Source: an uncultured Christensenella sp. (GTDB lineage Bacteria; Bacillota; Clostridia; Christensenellales; UBA1242). Taken from it: a stretch of DNA of 44,323 nt. A program made the translations under genes and the position numbers. The DNA lies in contig CAJKWP010000002.1 in assembly GCA_905203645.1 (NCBI GenBank), forward strand, positions 1 through 44,323. The letters are read 5' to 3'. This document shows positions 17,495-25,365 of this stretch, piece after piece. Each line of letters opens with the position of its first letter. Position 1 is the stretch's first letter. Under the pieces are notes generated by a model, which searched no databases, was not told where the DNA came from, and was given only the letters and a program-made list of their open reading frames with translations.

Positions 17495-17983
17495 TTACAC
17501 ATTTGCAGATAGTTTTATAACAACACTGGTTTTAGCACTAACTTGTTGTTTTATGGTTATAACTCTTTTATCTGCACTAAATTTATACTCAGCGCCTAAG
17601 TAGTCATCAGTAACTCGATTAAGTTTGTTTTCAGCATCTTCTTTGGTATCGTAAAACTCTATACAGTTATATTCATTTATAATATAGAACCTTCCACTAT
17701 CGATTTCACCACCAATGGAAATATTAACGCCACCATTTTCATCAAAAGTAAGAATAAATGTAGAAGACATTGCTTTTGCATTTTCTTCACTTCCAATTTC
17801 TTCCATTAGGGCATCTTTATCATCACCCCAATTGATAGTTATATCGCTTTGTTTGTTTAAAACAGTGTAAGTTTTTCCTTTTTCGCTGATTGGTTTATTG
17901 CCACAAGCGGTCATCATAAACATTGCTGGAACAATTAAACAAATTGCTAAAATTAGTGATAAAATTGATTTTTTCTTTGTCAT
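17495..17983 (-). CDS. small lipoprotein (162 aa)
   Basis: AAGGAG RBS. MTKKKSILSLILAICLIVPAMFMMTAC lipobox. It shares a 32-nt identical stretch with the 604-aa gene's signal-peptide region. Confidence 0.75.
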   Translation of the reverse strand: MTKKKSILSLILAICLIVPAMFMMTACGNKPISEKGKTYTVLNKQSDITINWGDDKDALMEEIGSEENAKAMSSTFILTFDENGGVNISIGGEIDSGRFYIINEYNCIEFYDTKEDAENKLNRVTDDYLGAEYKFSADKRVITIKQQVSAKTSVVIKLSANV

Positions 17984-18029
17984 AACATTTCTCCTTTTTG
18001 TTTCATTTTATTTTATAAAATAGTTCAAA

Positions 18030-19844
18030 TTAACTCGCAGAATGGATTTCAAATTGGTTCAAAACCGCTTTGTCAACCCATTCATTGCCTTTTTCACCTT
18101 TTTCTAGGAACTGAATAACGAGTTTATATTGTCCCACTGCACTTGGTCCTGTAACTGTGCCATCTTCTTGATTAACACTGCCTGTCATAACAATATTGTC
18201 TTTTAGGTCTTTGAACACAAATCTTACAGTTTCCATTTTTAACATAGCACCAATATCTTCGCCAGATTCTGTTGTCATATTCAAATCTTTGTAACAATTA
18301 AATTGAACTGCATTGCCATCATACTCTTTGTCCAGTTTGTTGTAAAATTCAAATTTATCGGGTTGTTTGATATATTGTTTGTAAACATAAATAGGAAATG
18401 ACTCACGAGTGTCTGTGGTTTTGTCTACTCCAGTGAATGCAAACGAACCATCTGAGTTTTTAACTAAACGCAAAGCGTTATTTTCTGTTTCGCCTTTTCG
18501 TGGAGCATAAATTGTAACTGCACCGTCTTCAGCAAATTTGGCTAGGTTGCCATAAGTTGTGTCGGTGTTTCTGATTTCTTCTTTGTATCTTGCAATTATA
18601 TTTCCACTCAAACTGGTCCAACCAATTCTGTTTACAACTGGTGTTGCAAGGTTAATTATTGCTGTTCTTGCTCCATAGAAACCCGTGCAGAAATCTACAA
18701 GCAAATCTTCTCTTGATGTGCTTGTTTCTGGGTAATATCTCCATTCGCTTTCAAAATATCTCATTGGAGTGAACACAAAATCAAACTTTCCGCCCAATAC
18801 TAATGAACCATCTTCTTGCATTGCAACAAGTCTTGCACCTGCATCAACATTCAAATCAGTTGTGCTTGAACCATCTGCTGGCATTTGCATAACATACATT
18901 TGACCATTTGCATAGCCAACTATTGTATAGTAGCAAATTTCGCCAAAAATTGTTGGTGCTGTTGTTGCGTCAAAATCACTTACTTCTGTAATTTTTTTGA
19001 AACTGCTTTCTGTTATTGTTGCTTCAACAACCAATTTTTCAGCACCATTATAAGATAAAACAAATTCATATTCTCCAACAACGCAAGGACCAGCAATCTC
19101 ATGTCCAATGGTTATGTTTTTGTCAACGCCATATTGCGTGTTTATTTCGCCAGTAAGTGTGATATCCTTGTCTAAAGTAACTGCCATTTTTGTGTTTTTA
19201 TCTCTCCAAACATAAGATATTTTACTTAAAACATCTTCATCTGTGATTTCGCTCAATTTTGTGCCATCAACAGTGATGTCATCTTTGGAAACAAAAACTG
19301 CCGTTCCATTGTATGGGTGTTCTAATGAATCTGCATGAGTGTTTGTGAATGAAAAAGTTTGTTGATTTATTGGTGGAACTTTGCCAACGACAACAAAATA
19401 TGAAAAACTTTCTGTTTCAAAAACAATGTTTGTTCCGTTTAAGGTTGTTTCAAGTTCTTCAACAGTAGTTTCATTTTTAATGTGGAAAGTGGTGTATCCA
19501 TGTTCACTTTCAAAAGGTTTTGGCATTGTTATTTTTACTTTGCCATCTGGTTGTATTTTTGAACCCTTGCTGTTTGCAAGTGTTATATCAAAAACAGCAA
19601 CTTTTTCTTCGTCATATTCTTTATCAGATATCTTTGCCATAGTGGTTGAATACGAACTATCACTAGTTTCAATTTTATCCGAAGAAAGTGTTGAGCCTTT
19701 TTCAAATTTGCCTTCGGCAACTATGTTATTTGTTCCATTGATTTTTTCAATAGTGTTATTGCCACAAGCGGTCATCATAAACATTGCCGGAATGATTAGG
19801 CAAAGAGCTAAAACAAAAGCCCATATTGATTTTTTCTTTGTCAT
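18030..19844 (-). CDS. lipoprotein (604 aa) with MBG/Ig-like repeats
   Basis: MTKKKSIWAFVLALCLIIPAMFMMTAC lipobox. Motifs HPYNGTAVFV...VGEYEFVLSY and DKEYDGNAVQF...VGQYKLVIQF (MBG-like). Only 46 nt separate it from the 162-aa gene, so the two are probably co-transcribed. Confidence 0.8.
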   Translation of the reverse strand: MTKKKSIWAFVLALCLIIPAMFMMTACGNNTIEKINGTNNIVAEGKFEKGSTLSSDKIETSDSSYSTTMAKISDKEYDEEKVAVFDITLANSKGSKIQPDGKVKITMPKPFESEHGYTTFHIKNETTVEELETTLNGTNIVFETESFSYFVVVGKVPPINQQTFSFTNTHADSLEHPYNGTAVFVSKDDITVDGTKLSEITDEDVLSKISYVWRDKNTKMAVTLDKDITLTGEINTQYGVDKNITIGHEIAGPCVVGEYEFVLSYNGAEKLVVEATITESSFKKITEVSDFDATTAPTIFGEICYYTIVGYANGQMYVMQMPADGSSTTDLNVDAGARLVAMQEDGSLVLGGKFDFVFTPMRYFESEWRYYPETSTSREDLLVDFCTGFYGARTAIINLATPVVNRIGWTSLSGNIIARYKEEIRNTDTTYGNLAKFAEDGAVTIYAPRKGETENNALRLVKNSDGSFAFTGVDKTTDTRESFPIYVYKQYIKQPDKFEFYNKLDKEYDGNAVQFNCYKDLNMTTESGEDIGAMLKMETVRFVFKDLKDNIVMTGSVNQEDGTVTGPSAVGQYKLVIQFLEKGEKGNEWVDKAVLNQFEIHSAS

Positions 19845-19872
19845 TTTTTACCCCTTTATAAGTATATGTATT

Positions 19873-19881
19873 ATTATATCA
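19873..19881 (-). promoter_or_regulatory. extended -10 box (TGATATAAT) for the 604-aa lipoprotein operon
   Basis: Same 9-mer as at 17378-17386, with the same 19-nt distance from the 46-nt element. Confidence 0.55.
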
Positions 19882-19900
19882 CGTAGGTATTAAAATACCT

Positions 19901-19946
19901 TGGGACTTAAGTCTAAATTTTTGTCCAAAAAAAAGGACAAAAGTCC
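19901..19946. promoter_or_regulatory. 46-nt conserved palindromic element, copy 2 (between divergent promoters)
   Basis: TGGGACTTAAGTCTAAATTTTTGTCCAAAAAAAAGGACAAAAGTCC. It is flanked by the minus-strand TGATATAAT (19 nt away) and the plus-strand TGGTATAAT (21 nt away). Confidence 0.7.
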
Positions 19947-19967
19947 TATTATCTTGTGGGGCTTTTA

Positions 19968-19976
19968 TGGTATAAT
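19968..19976 (+). promoter_or_regulatory. extended -10 box (TGGTATAAT) for the response-regulator gene
   Basis: TGGTATAAT lies 30 nt before the ATG at 20006. GGGAG RBS. Confidence 0.5.
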
Positions 19977-20005
19977 ATGAAAAATAAATACTTTTGGGAG
20001 CGAAA

Positions 20006-20617
20006 ATGGATAAAATAAAAGTATTGCTTGTTGAAGACCAAGATTTGCTACTAGACGGAATGTCTTTGTCGCTTGAAGCAAGTGGCGAAATTGAAATTAT
20101 TGGAAAATTTAAGGATATTGCAAATTATTTTACTTTTGAAGATAAAAATATAGTGGATGTAATTTTAACCGATGTTTGCTGTGCGAATAATCACAATAGC
20201 ATTGATTTTATAAAAGAAATTAAGCAAGATAATCCGAACATTAAGATTATTCTAATGACATCTGTTATGGAAATAAGTTTTATTGATAGAGCCAAACAAG
20301 CTGGTGCAGACAGTTTTGTGTATAAGACAATCCCAACAAAAGAACTAATAACAATTATACGGAATGTTATGAATGGATATGGCACTTTTCCAATAAGCAA
20401 AAAAGAAGAAATTTCTTTTTTGAAAAATTTAACTGACAACGAACTCAATATTGTAAGACTATATTGTCAAGGCAACAATCGAAAAGAGATTGCACAAAAA
20501 ATGTCCTTTTCTGAGTCCACAATCAAAAACACAATAACACTAATTTTAGAAAAAACCGGTTTTCCCTCAATGTCAAAGTTTGCAATTTGGCTAATGCAAA
20601 ATGGATATATAGTATAA
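20006..20617 (+). CDS. response regulator, LuxR/NarL (GerE-type HTH) family
   Basis: Receiver domain: KVLLVEDQ, DVILTDV (phospho-acceptor Asp), ILMTS, and the YK lysine. Output domain: LTDNELNIVRLYCQGNNRKEIAQKMSFSESTIKNTITLILEKTG. Start trimmed to MDKIKV. Confidence 0.85.
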   Translation: MDKIKVLLVEDQDLLLDGMSLSLEASGEIEIIGKFKDIANYFTFEDKNIVDVILTDVCCANNHNSIDFIKEIKQDNPNIKIILMTSVMEISFIDRAKQAGADSFVYKTIPTKELITIIRNVMNGYGTFPISKKEEISFLKNLTDNELNIVRLYCQGNNRKEIAQKMSFSESTIKNTITLILEKTGFPSMSKFAIWLMQNGYIV

Positions 20618-20621
20618 CTAT

Positions 20622-20661
20622 AAAAGTTGTATTTCTGCACAAATAGAAATATAACTTTTTT
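20622..20661 (+). terminator. rho-independent terminator after the regulator gene
   Basis: AAAAGTTGTATTTCT-loop-AGAAATATAACTTTTTT (one mismatch). Confidence 0.75.
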
Positions 20662-20846
20662 AATTTCGCTTTTATCAGTTCCTCAGGTGGACTATAACGC
20701 TTTTTTGTGGGTCTAGTTGTGTGAGGAATTGCTATATAATGACTGCCATCAAAATATGAAATGGTTTTTTTTGTTTTCCTTTGCTGGGCAAATTTTTGTT
20801 ATAAAATTTGCAAAAAAAGTTTTACGTATGTTATATATTTTTATAA

Positions 20847-22766
20847 ATGAAAATTAACTGCAAAACAAAAGTTTCAATGTTTGTCATGTTGTGCATAATA
20901 TCCTTTATTTTGCCATGCTTTGCAATGTTTCACAAGCAAGATATTGTTTTTGCCGACGAAAATACAATCGCAAATACATTGGATTCAAATATTGAACAAA
21001 CAGTTACAAAAAAGCGTTACAACAGTTGTGATTATGGTATTGTTACTCCAAATCTTGACCAAGGAACAACAAATATTTGTTGGGCTTATGCAACCGCAAG
21101 TGCATCCGAAATATCAATACTGAAAGATCGATTGGACACCAACACAAAAGATACTTTACGTCTTTCACCAACACAAATTGCATACCGCACTTACAACAGG
21201 GACAGCGATCCCCTTGGCAATACCGTTGGAATTTATGCCAATGACAAATGGAATGTGACAGGAAATCCATACAACACTTTTTTGCCACTGTCACAATGGT
21301 GCGCACCAGTTGCTGGCAACGTACCAGCCAAAGCTGATGCTTTTGAAAACAACCTTTACAGATTGTTAGATGCCGAAAAAATTGATTCGAACTCCACAGG
21401 CACATACAAAATCAACCAAATAAAACAAGCTATTGCAAAATATGGCGCTGTAACAGCTTCTTATTACAATGCACGTGAAGTTGAATATTACAACACAAAA
21501 GGCGAAACCCGTGACGGGATTTCGCACGCAATAACCTTAATCGGTTGGGACGACACAATTCCTGCAAACAAATTTCAACCAAAAAACGCAAGCGTAGATG
21601 GGGGTTGGATTGTAAAAAACAGTTACGACAGTTGCCCTTATTTTTATCTTTCTTACGACAGCTCGATTGGCAATGTTTGTGGATTCAAGTATGCAAATAA
21701 ATCTGAATTTGATTACAATTATTTTTTTGATAACGTTGTAGATGAACCAATACGAAGTGAGAATAATTCAAAGTGCGTCTCAAATATTTTTATGGCAAAA
21801 AACGGCAATGACAACCACACTGAGTACGTCAAAGCAATAAATGTTGCAACTTTCGGCGACAATCTGTCTTGCAGTGTCAAAGTATTCACCAATCTAACCG
21901 ACCAAAACAATCCCGAAAGCGGAACCTTGTCCGCCAGTGGCAAAAGAATTTTGGACTACGGAGGTTATCACACCATTGTACTTGATAACTTGGCAAAAAT
22001 CGACAAAAACTCGTATTATTCAGTTGTAGTCGAAGTAAGCAGCACAATCGGTGGCAGTGCATACATTTTGTACTCACTCAATTCCAGTCCAAACACTCAA
22101 TTCAAATCGGCAAGTGGTTGGAACAAATCAAACTTTGCTGGCAGAATAAAGGCTTACACCGTTTTGCAAAATGTACAGACAAAAACAGATATATCCTCTG
22201 TTTTGTTTGACCCCATATCTCCACAGTTGTATACTGGACAATCTGTTTGTCCACAAGTAAAATTGACAAAAAATTTTCAAACACTTGTTCAAAACGTTGA
22301 TTTTATTCTTTCATACAAAGATAACTTGAACGTTGGAATTGCAACAATTTGTGTAACTGGTATCGAAAAATACACTGGCATTTTGACCGTCCAGTTTGAA
22401 ATACTTCCGATTGATGTTCCCACAAAACCTTATGACAAAATTCAATTTTCAAATAATGCAATAATTTTAAAGGATATTGATTTGCCTGCAGGCTGGCAAT
22501 GGCTTTATCCAGACCTGCCAATTGATGGCTTGTCAAGTGCAACAGCGATATATGTTGGAGCAAACAAACAAAATTACAAAAACACAACAATATCAATCAC
22601 TTTGCAAAAAAAAGAATCAGAAAATGAATTGCCTTCCGCAGAAACAAAGAAGGATAAAAAAGGACTCTCTGACATCGAAATTTTTGTTGTAACTATCGGT
22701 AGTATTGCAGTTTTTTCGATATTTTTGTTTGCGATTAAGAAAAAATTATTTTTCAAAAAGAAATGA
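20847..22766 (+). CDS. secreted papain-like (C1 family) cysteine peptidase with C-terminal Ig-like domain and membrane anchor
   Basis: Signal peptide. Catalytic motifs QGTTNICWAY (Gln/Cys), SHAITLIGWDD (His) and GWIVKNSY (Asn). Later YTGQSVCPQVKL...NVGIATICVTGIEKYTGILTVQFEILP. C-terminal hydrophobic helix plus KKKLFFKKK. No clear RBS at 20847. Confidence 0.8.
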   Translation: MKINCKTKVSMFVMLCIISFILPCFAMFHKQDIVFADENTIANTLDSNIEQTVTKKRYNSCDYGIVTPNLDQGTTNICWAYATASASEISILKDRLDTNTKDTLRLSPTQIAYRTYNRDSDPLGNTVGIYANDKWNVTGNPYNTFLPLSQWCAPVAGNVPAKADAFENNLYRLLDAEKIDSNSTGTYKINQIKQAIAKYGAVTASYYNAREVEYYNTKGETRDGISHAITLIGWDDTIPANKFQPKNASVDGGWIVKNSYDSCPYFYLSYDSSIGNVCGFKYANKSEFDYNYFFDNVVDEPIRSENNSKCVSNIFMAKNGNDNHTEYVKAINVATFGDNLSCSVKVFTNLTDQNNPESGTLSASGKRILDYGGYHTIVLDNLAKIDKNSYYSVVVEVSSTIGGSAYILYSLNSSPNTQFKSASGWNKSNFAGRIKAYTVLQNVQTKTDISSVLFDPISPQLYTGQSVCPQVKLTKNFQTLVQNVDFILSYKDNLNVGIATICVTGIEKYTGILTVQFEILPIDVPTKPYDKIQFSNNAIILKDIDLPAGWQWLYPDLPIDGLSSATAIYVGANKQNYKNTTISITLQKKESENELPSAETKKDKKGLSDIEIFVVTIGSIAVFSIFLFAIKKKLFFKKK

Positions 22767-22850
22767 CGCTTTGAAAACAAAAAGCAAAAAATGAGCCTTG
22801 AAAATTTATTTTTATCAGAACAATCTGCTGTATCGTTTTGTTACAAAAAA

Positions 22851-24308
22851 TTATGCTATTTGAACAACAGTAAGCATTGCACTTGGGGCACCTGAATTTG
22901 TGATTGTTCTTCCCTGTGTAAGAATTGGAACAAGCGTGATTATATCGTTTCGAGCAAGTTCAATCACAATTGTACAACTTACATTTGTACTTGAAGTCAA
23001 TGGTCGAGTCGAACCTTCAACCAAGACGTTGTTTTTGAAAATTCCAATTCGGTCGCCAGCGGTTGCAGATGAACCATTATTGATTGAAAAACTAACAAGG
23101 TATGTCCCTGGTGTAGTTATGGTTATTGATGTGGTGTTTATTATCAACTGATTTGCGGTTAGCGAACTTCCAAATGAGATCGGTTTGGACGACGCAATTG
23201 ATTGGGATTCTGGATTGAAAATTGTTGCGTTTATATTGCTGGTTAACCCAGTTGGACCAGTTGGTCCCTGTATGCCTTGTGGACCCGCAGGTCCACGATC
23301 GCCAGTTGCACCTTTTTCTCCTTGGACACCTCTGTCACCATTATCGCCCTTGTCGCCCTTGGGACCCTGTTGACCTTGGGGAATATAAAATTTCAGATAA
23401 TGTATGTTGTTTTCAAACGTATCTTCAACACGTGCCTCTTCCCCTGGATTTGTGGTTTCAGTGGTATCAATTGAAATATGTTCGCTTCTGCCTATTTCTC
23501 CTGGAAATCCCCTTGGTCCTGTTTCGCCTTGTGGGCCTGTGGGACCAACATCCCCTTGGGGTCCTGTTTCGCCCCTTTCACCCCGTTGACCTGTTTCGCC
23601 TTGTGGTCCTGCGGGGCCAACATCACCTTTGGGTCCAGGTTCGCCCCTTTCACCCCGTTGACCCGTTTCGCCTTTTGCTCCTTGCGGTCCTTGTATTCCT
23701 TGCGGGCCTGTACTACCTTTGGGACCAATTTCGCCTCTTTCACCCTGTAAACCTCTCTCGCCAGTTGCCCCCTTTTCACCCTGAGGTCCTGTCGCGCCAA
23801 TATCACCTTTTTCACCCCTTAAACCTTGCACCCCTTGTGAACCTTGGTCACCTTTTTGACCTTTTGGAATAAAAAAATCAAAATAATGTACACCTTTTTC
23901 GTATCTGTCGACAACTTTGGCGTGTTCGGTAGGTTCAAGTTGAGTTGTATTCCCTGCAAAGACCACCTCAGTTTTTCCATCGCACCCACGTGGAATTTCA
24001 AATTCCAAATACGTGGTATTTCCATCATGAGTTGCAGTTACGCAAGCCTGCTGATCCCAATCAACAGTTTTTGTTGACTTTACTTCCAAATTTTCACCAC
24101 TTGGGCCGGTTGCACCTTTGTCGCCTTTTTCGCCTTGTAATCCACGCAATCCTTGTGGTCCAGTTGGACCAGTTTCGCCCTTTTCACCTTGTGGACCTTG
24201 AGGTCCCATAGGTCCGTAAAAAATCTGAGTTGAATTTCCAAAAATGCTTGTTGGATACAAATTTTTTTTGTCACAGTATGTGCGTTTGTTATGGCAAATG
24301 TCTTTCAT
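22851..24308 (-). CDS. collagen-like triple-helix repeat protein with BclA/C1q-like C-terminal domain
   Basis: Several Gly-X-Y runs (GPMGPQGPQGEKGETGPTGPQGLRGLQGEKGDKGATGPSG...) are interrupted by beta-rich modules ending in Y-x-x-F-x-IP-x-G. The ~130-aa C-terminal non-collagen domain (...TPGTYLVSFSINNGSS...TVVQIA) resembles BclA. GGAG RBS. Confidence 0.85.
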   Translation of the reverse strand: MKDICHNKRTYCDKKNLYPTSIFGNSTQIFYGPMGPQGPQGEKGETGPTGPQGLRGLQGEKGDKGATGPSGENLEVKSTKTVDWDQQACVTATHDGNTTYLEFEIPRGCDGKTEVVFAGNTTQLEPTEHAKVVDRYEKGVHYFDFFIPKGQKGDQGSQGVQGLRGEKGDIGATGPQGEKGATGERGLQGERGEIGPKGSTGPQGIQGPQGAKGETGQRGERGEPGPKGDVGPAGPQGETGQRGERGETGPQGDVGPTGPQGETGPRGFPGEIGRSEHISIDTTETTNPGEEARVEDTFENNIHYLKFYIPQGQQGPKGDKGDNGDRGVQGEKGATGDRGPAGPQGIQGPTGPTGLTSNINATIFNPESQSIASSKPISFGSSLTANQLIINTTSITITTPGTYLVSFSINNGSSATAGDRIGIFKNNVLVEGSTRPLTSSTNVSCTIVIELARNDIITLVPILTQGRTITNSGAPSAMLTVVQIA

Positions 24309-24323
24309 AATTTCTCCATTTTG

Positions 24324-24405
24324 TTACAATATATGAAATTTTACATTTGGTGGTTATTTTTGCATGAATGAAAAACACAAAAAAATTTTTTTTCATATAT
24401 TGTAA
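24324..24405. promoter_or_regulatory. perfect 15-bp inverted repeat pair in a divergent promoter region
   Basis: TTACAATATATGAAA (24324-24338) and TTTCATATATTGTAA (24391-24405). In the direction of each gene it reads TTTCATATATTGTAA, 16 and 22 nt before the respective ATG. Confidence 0.8.
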
Positions 24406-24426
24406 AGAAATCACAAAGGAGAAAAA

Positions 24427-25194
24427 ATGGAAAAAATAATTCTAAATACGTCAAGTCTGACAGCAAAGTACACTTTGCCCGACCATACCGAAAAAACTTA
24501 TTCGACAAAAAGCAATCCATCAAAGACCGAAAATATGTCAGTTTTGTTTGTAAAAGACAAATCTTCAATGTTTGAATATGGCTCACCAAATGATGAAATA
24601 CAACAGAATATAATCTTATCAAATGAAAGTGAATCCGAAATAACTGAAATTCGACTTGTTGAAACAATTGGCAACGGTGCTCACTTTAAGCCAGGTTCAG
24701 TAACAATCGAAGATATCCCTTATGAAAATATGGATATAACAAACCAAATCACACTTCCAAACAGTCTTCCCCCAAATACAAGCGCACTGGTTTCATATAT
24801 CCTTGTCATTGACGAACAACCAAACGTTGACAGTGTGACACTAAAAACAAATGTTACTTTTAATGTCAATGAAATTCAGGATATGTCTGAAGATACACCC
24901 GAAGTTACAATTGCAATAACAGAAAACAAGTTAACAATACAAAAAACAAGCGAACGTGCGGCACTTTCTGGTTCGACTTTGGTTTACACAAACGTGATCA
25001 CCAATACTGGCAAGTACAAAAATACAAATATCGTTTTCACCGATCAAATTCCCGTCGGTACAACGTTTGTAAATGGCAGTGTAAAAATCAATAATCAAGA
25101 TCAACCTACTTTCAACCCAGCGGATGGTTTTGCACTTGATGATATGGAAATCGGTACACAAACAACAATCACTTTCAGCGTAAAAGTTGATTGA
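24427..25194 (+). CDS. DUF11-type (conserved repeat domain) protein, no signal peptide
   Basis: AAAGGAG RBS. The C-terminal half, LSGSTLVYTNVITNTGKYKNTNIVFTDQIPVGTTFVNGSVKINN...TTITFSVKV, is typical of DUF11/CARDB-like repeats. A first, weaker repeat lies upstream. Confidence 0.7.
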   Translation: MEKIILNTSSLTAKYTLPDHTEKTYSTKSNPSKTENMSVLFVKDKSSMFEYGSPNDEIQQNIILSNESESEITEIRLVETIGNGAHFKPGSVTIEDIPYENMDITNQITLPNSLPPNTSALVSYILVIDEQPNVDSVTLKTNVTFNVNEIQDMSEDTPEVTIAITENKLTIQKTSERAALSGSTLVYTNVITNTGKYKNTNIVFTDQIPVGTTFVNGSVKINNQDQPTFNPADGFALDDMEIGTQTTITFSVKVD

Positions 25195-25282
25195 TAAGTT
25201 GCAAATTATTTTTTTAACATCTTTGAAAATTTTGTTGAATTTTTGTGTTTTTACACATTTTTTCAAATAATGCAAATTTTGC

Positions 25283-25311
25283 TTGTCATTGTCAATATTC
25301 AATGATACAAT
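25283..25311 (+). promoter_or_regulatory. sigma70-type promoter for the pyridoxal kinase family gene
   Basis: TTGTCA, 17 nt, TACAAT. Confidence 0.5.
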
Positions 25312-25365
25312 TTGAGAAATCTTCACTTGAAAAGATATTTTCAAAGCGAAAAAGAAGGAAAACAA

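Noticed and set aside
15362-19844. Invertible-promoter or site-specific-inversion phase variation of the paralogous lipoprotein genes (Mycoplasma vsp/vsa style)
   Set aside because: All three genes and both copies of the 46-nt element are in the same orientation. No recombinase gene is present in the window, and no inverted copies of the cassette were found.
20690-20745. Possible third, degenerate copy of the 46-nt element upstream of the protease gene (GGTGGACTATAACGCTTTTTTGTGGGTCTAG)
   Set aside because: Only the GGAC...T-run...GGGTC outline is shared and the palindrome GACTTAAGTC is absent. It is too weak to call without a motif model.
22900-24274. Many 60-216-aa ORFs on both strands inside the collagen-like gene (for example 23222..23872 +, 23492..23815 -)
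   Set aside because: They are a by-product of the GC-rich, stop-poor GGN-NNN-NNN periodicity of a collagen repeat. They have no RBS and low-complexity Pro/Leu/Val-rich translations. Only the minus-strand Gly-X-Y frame has a proper start, an RBS and a folded C-terminal domain.
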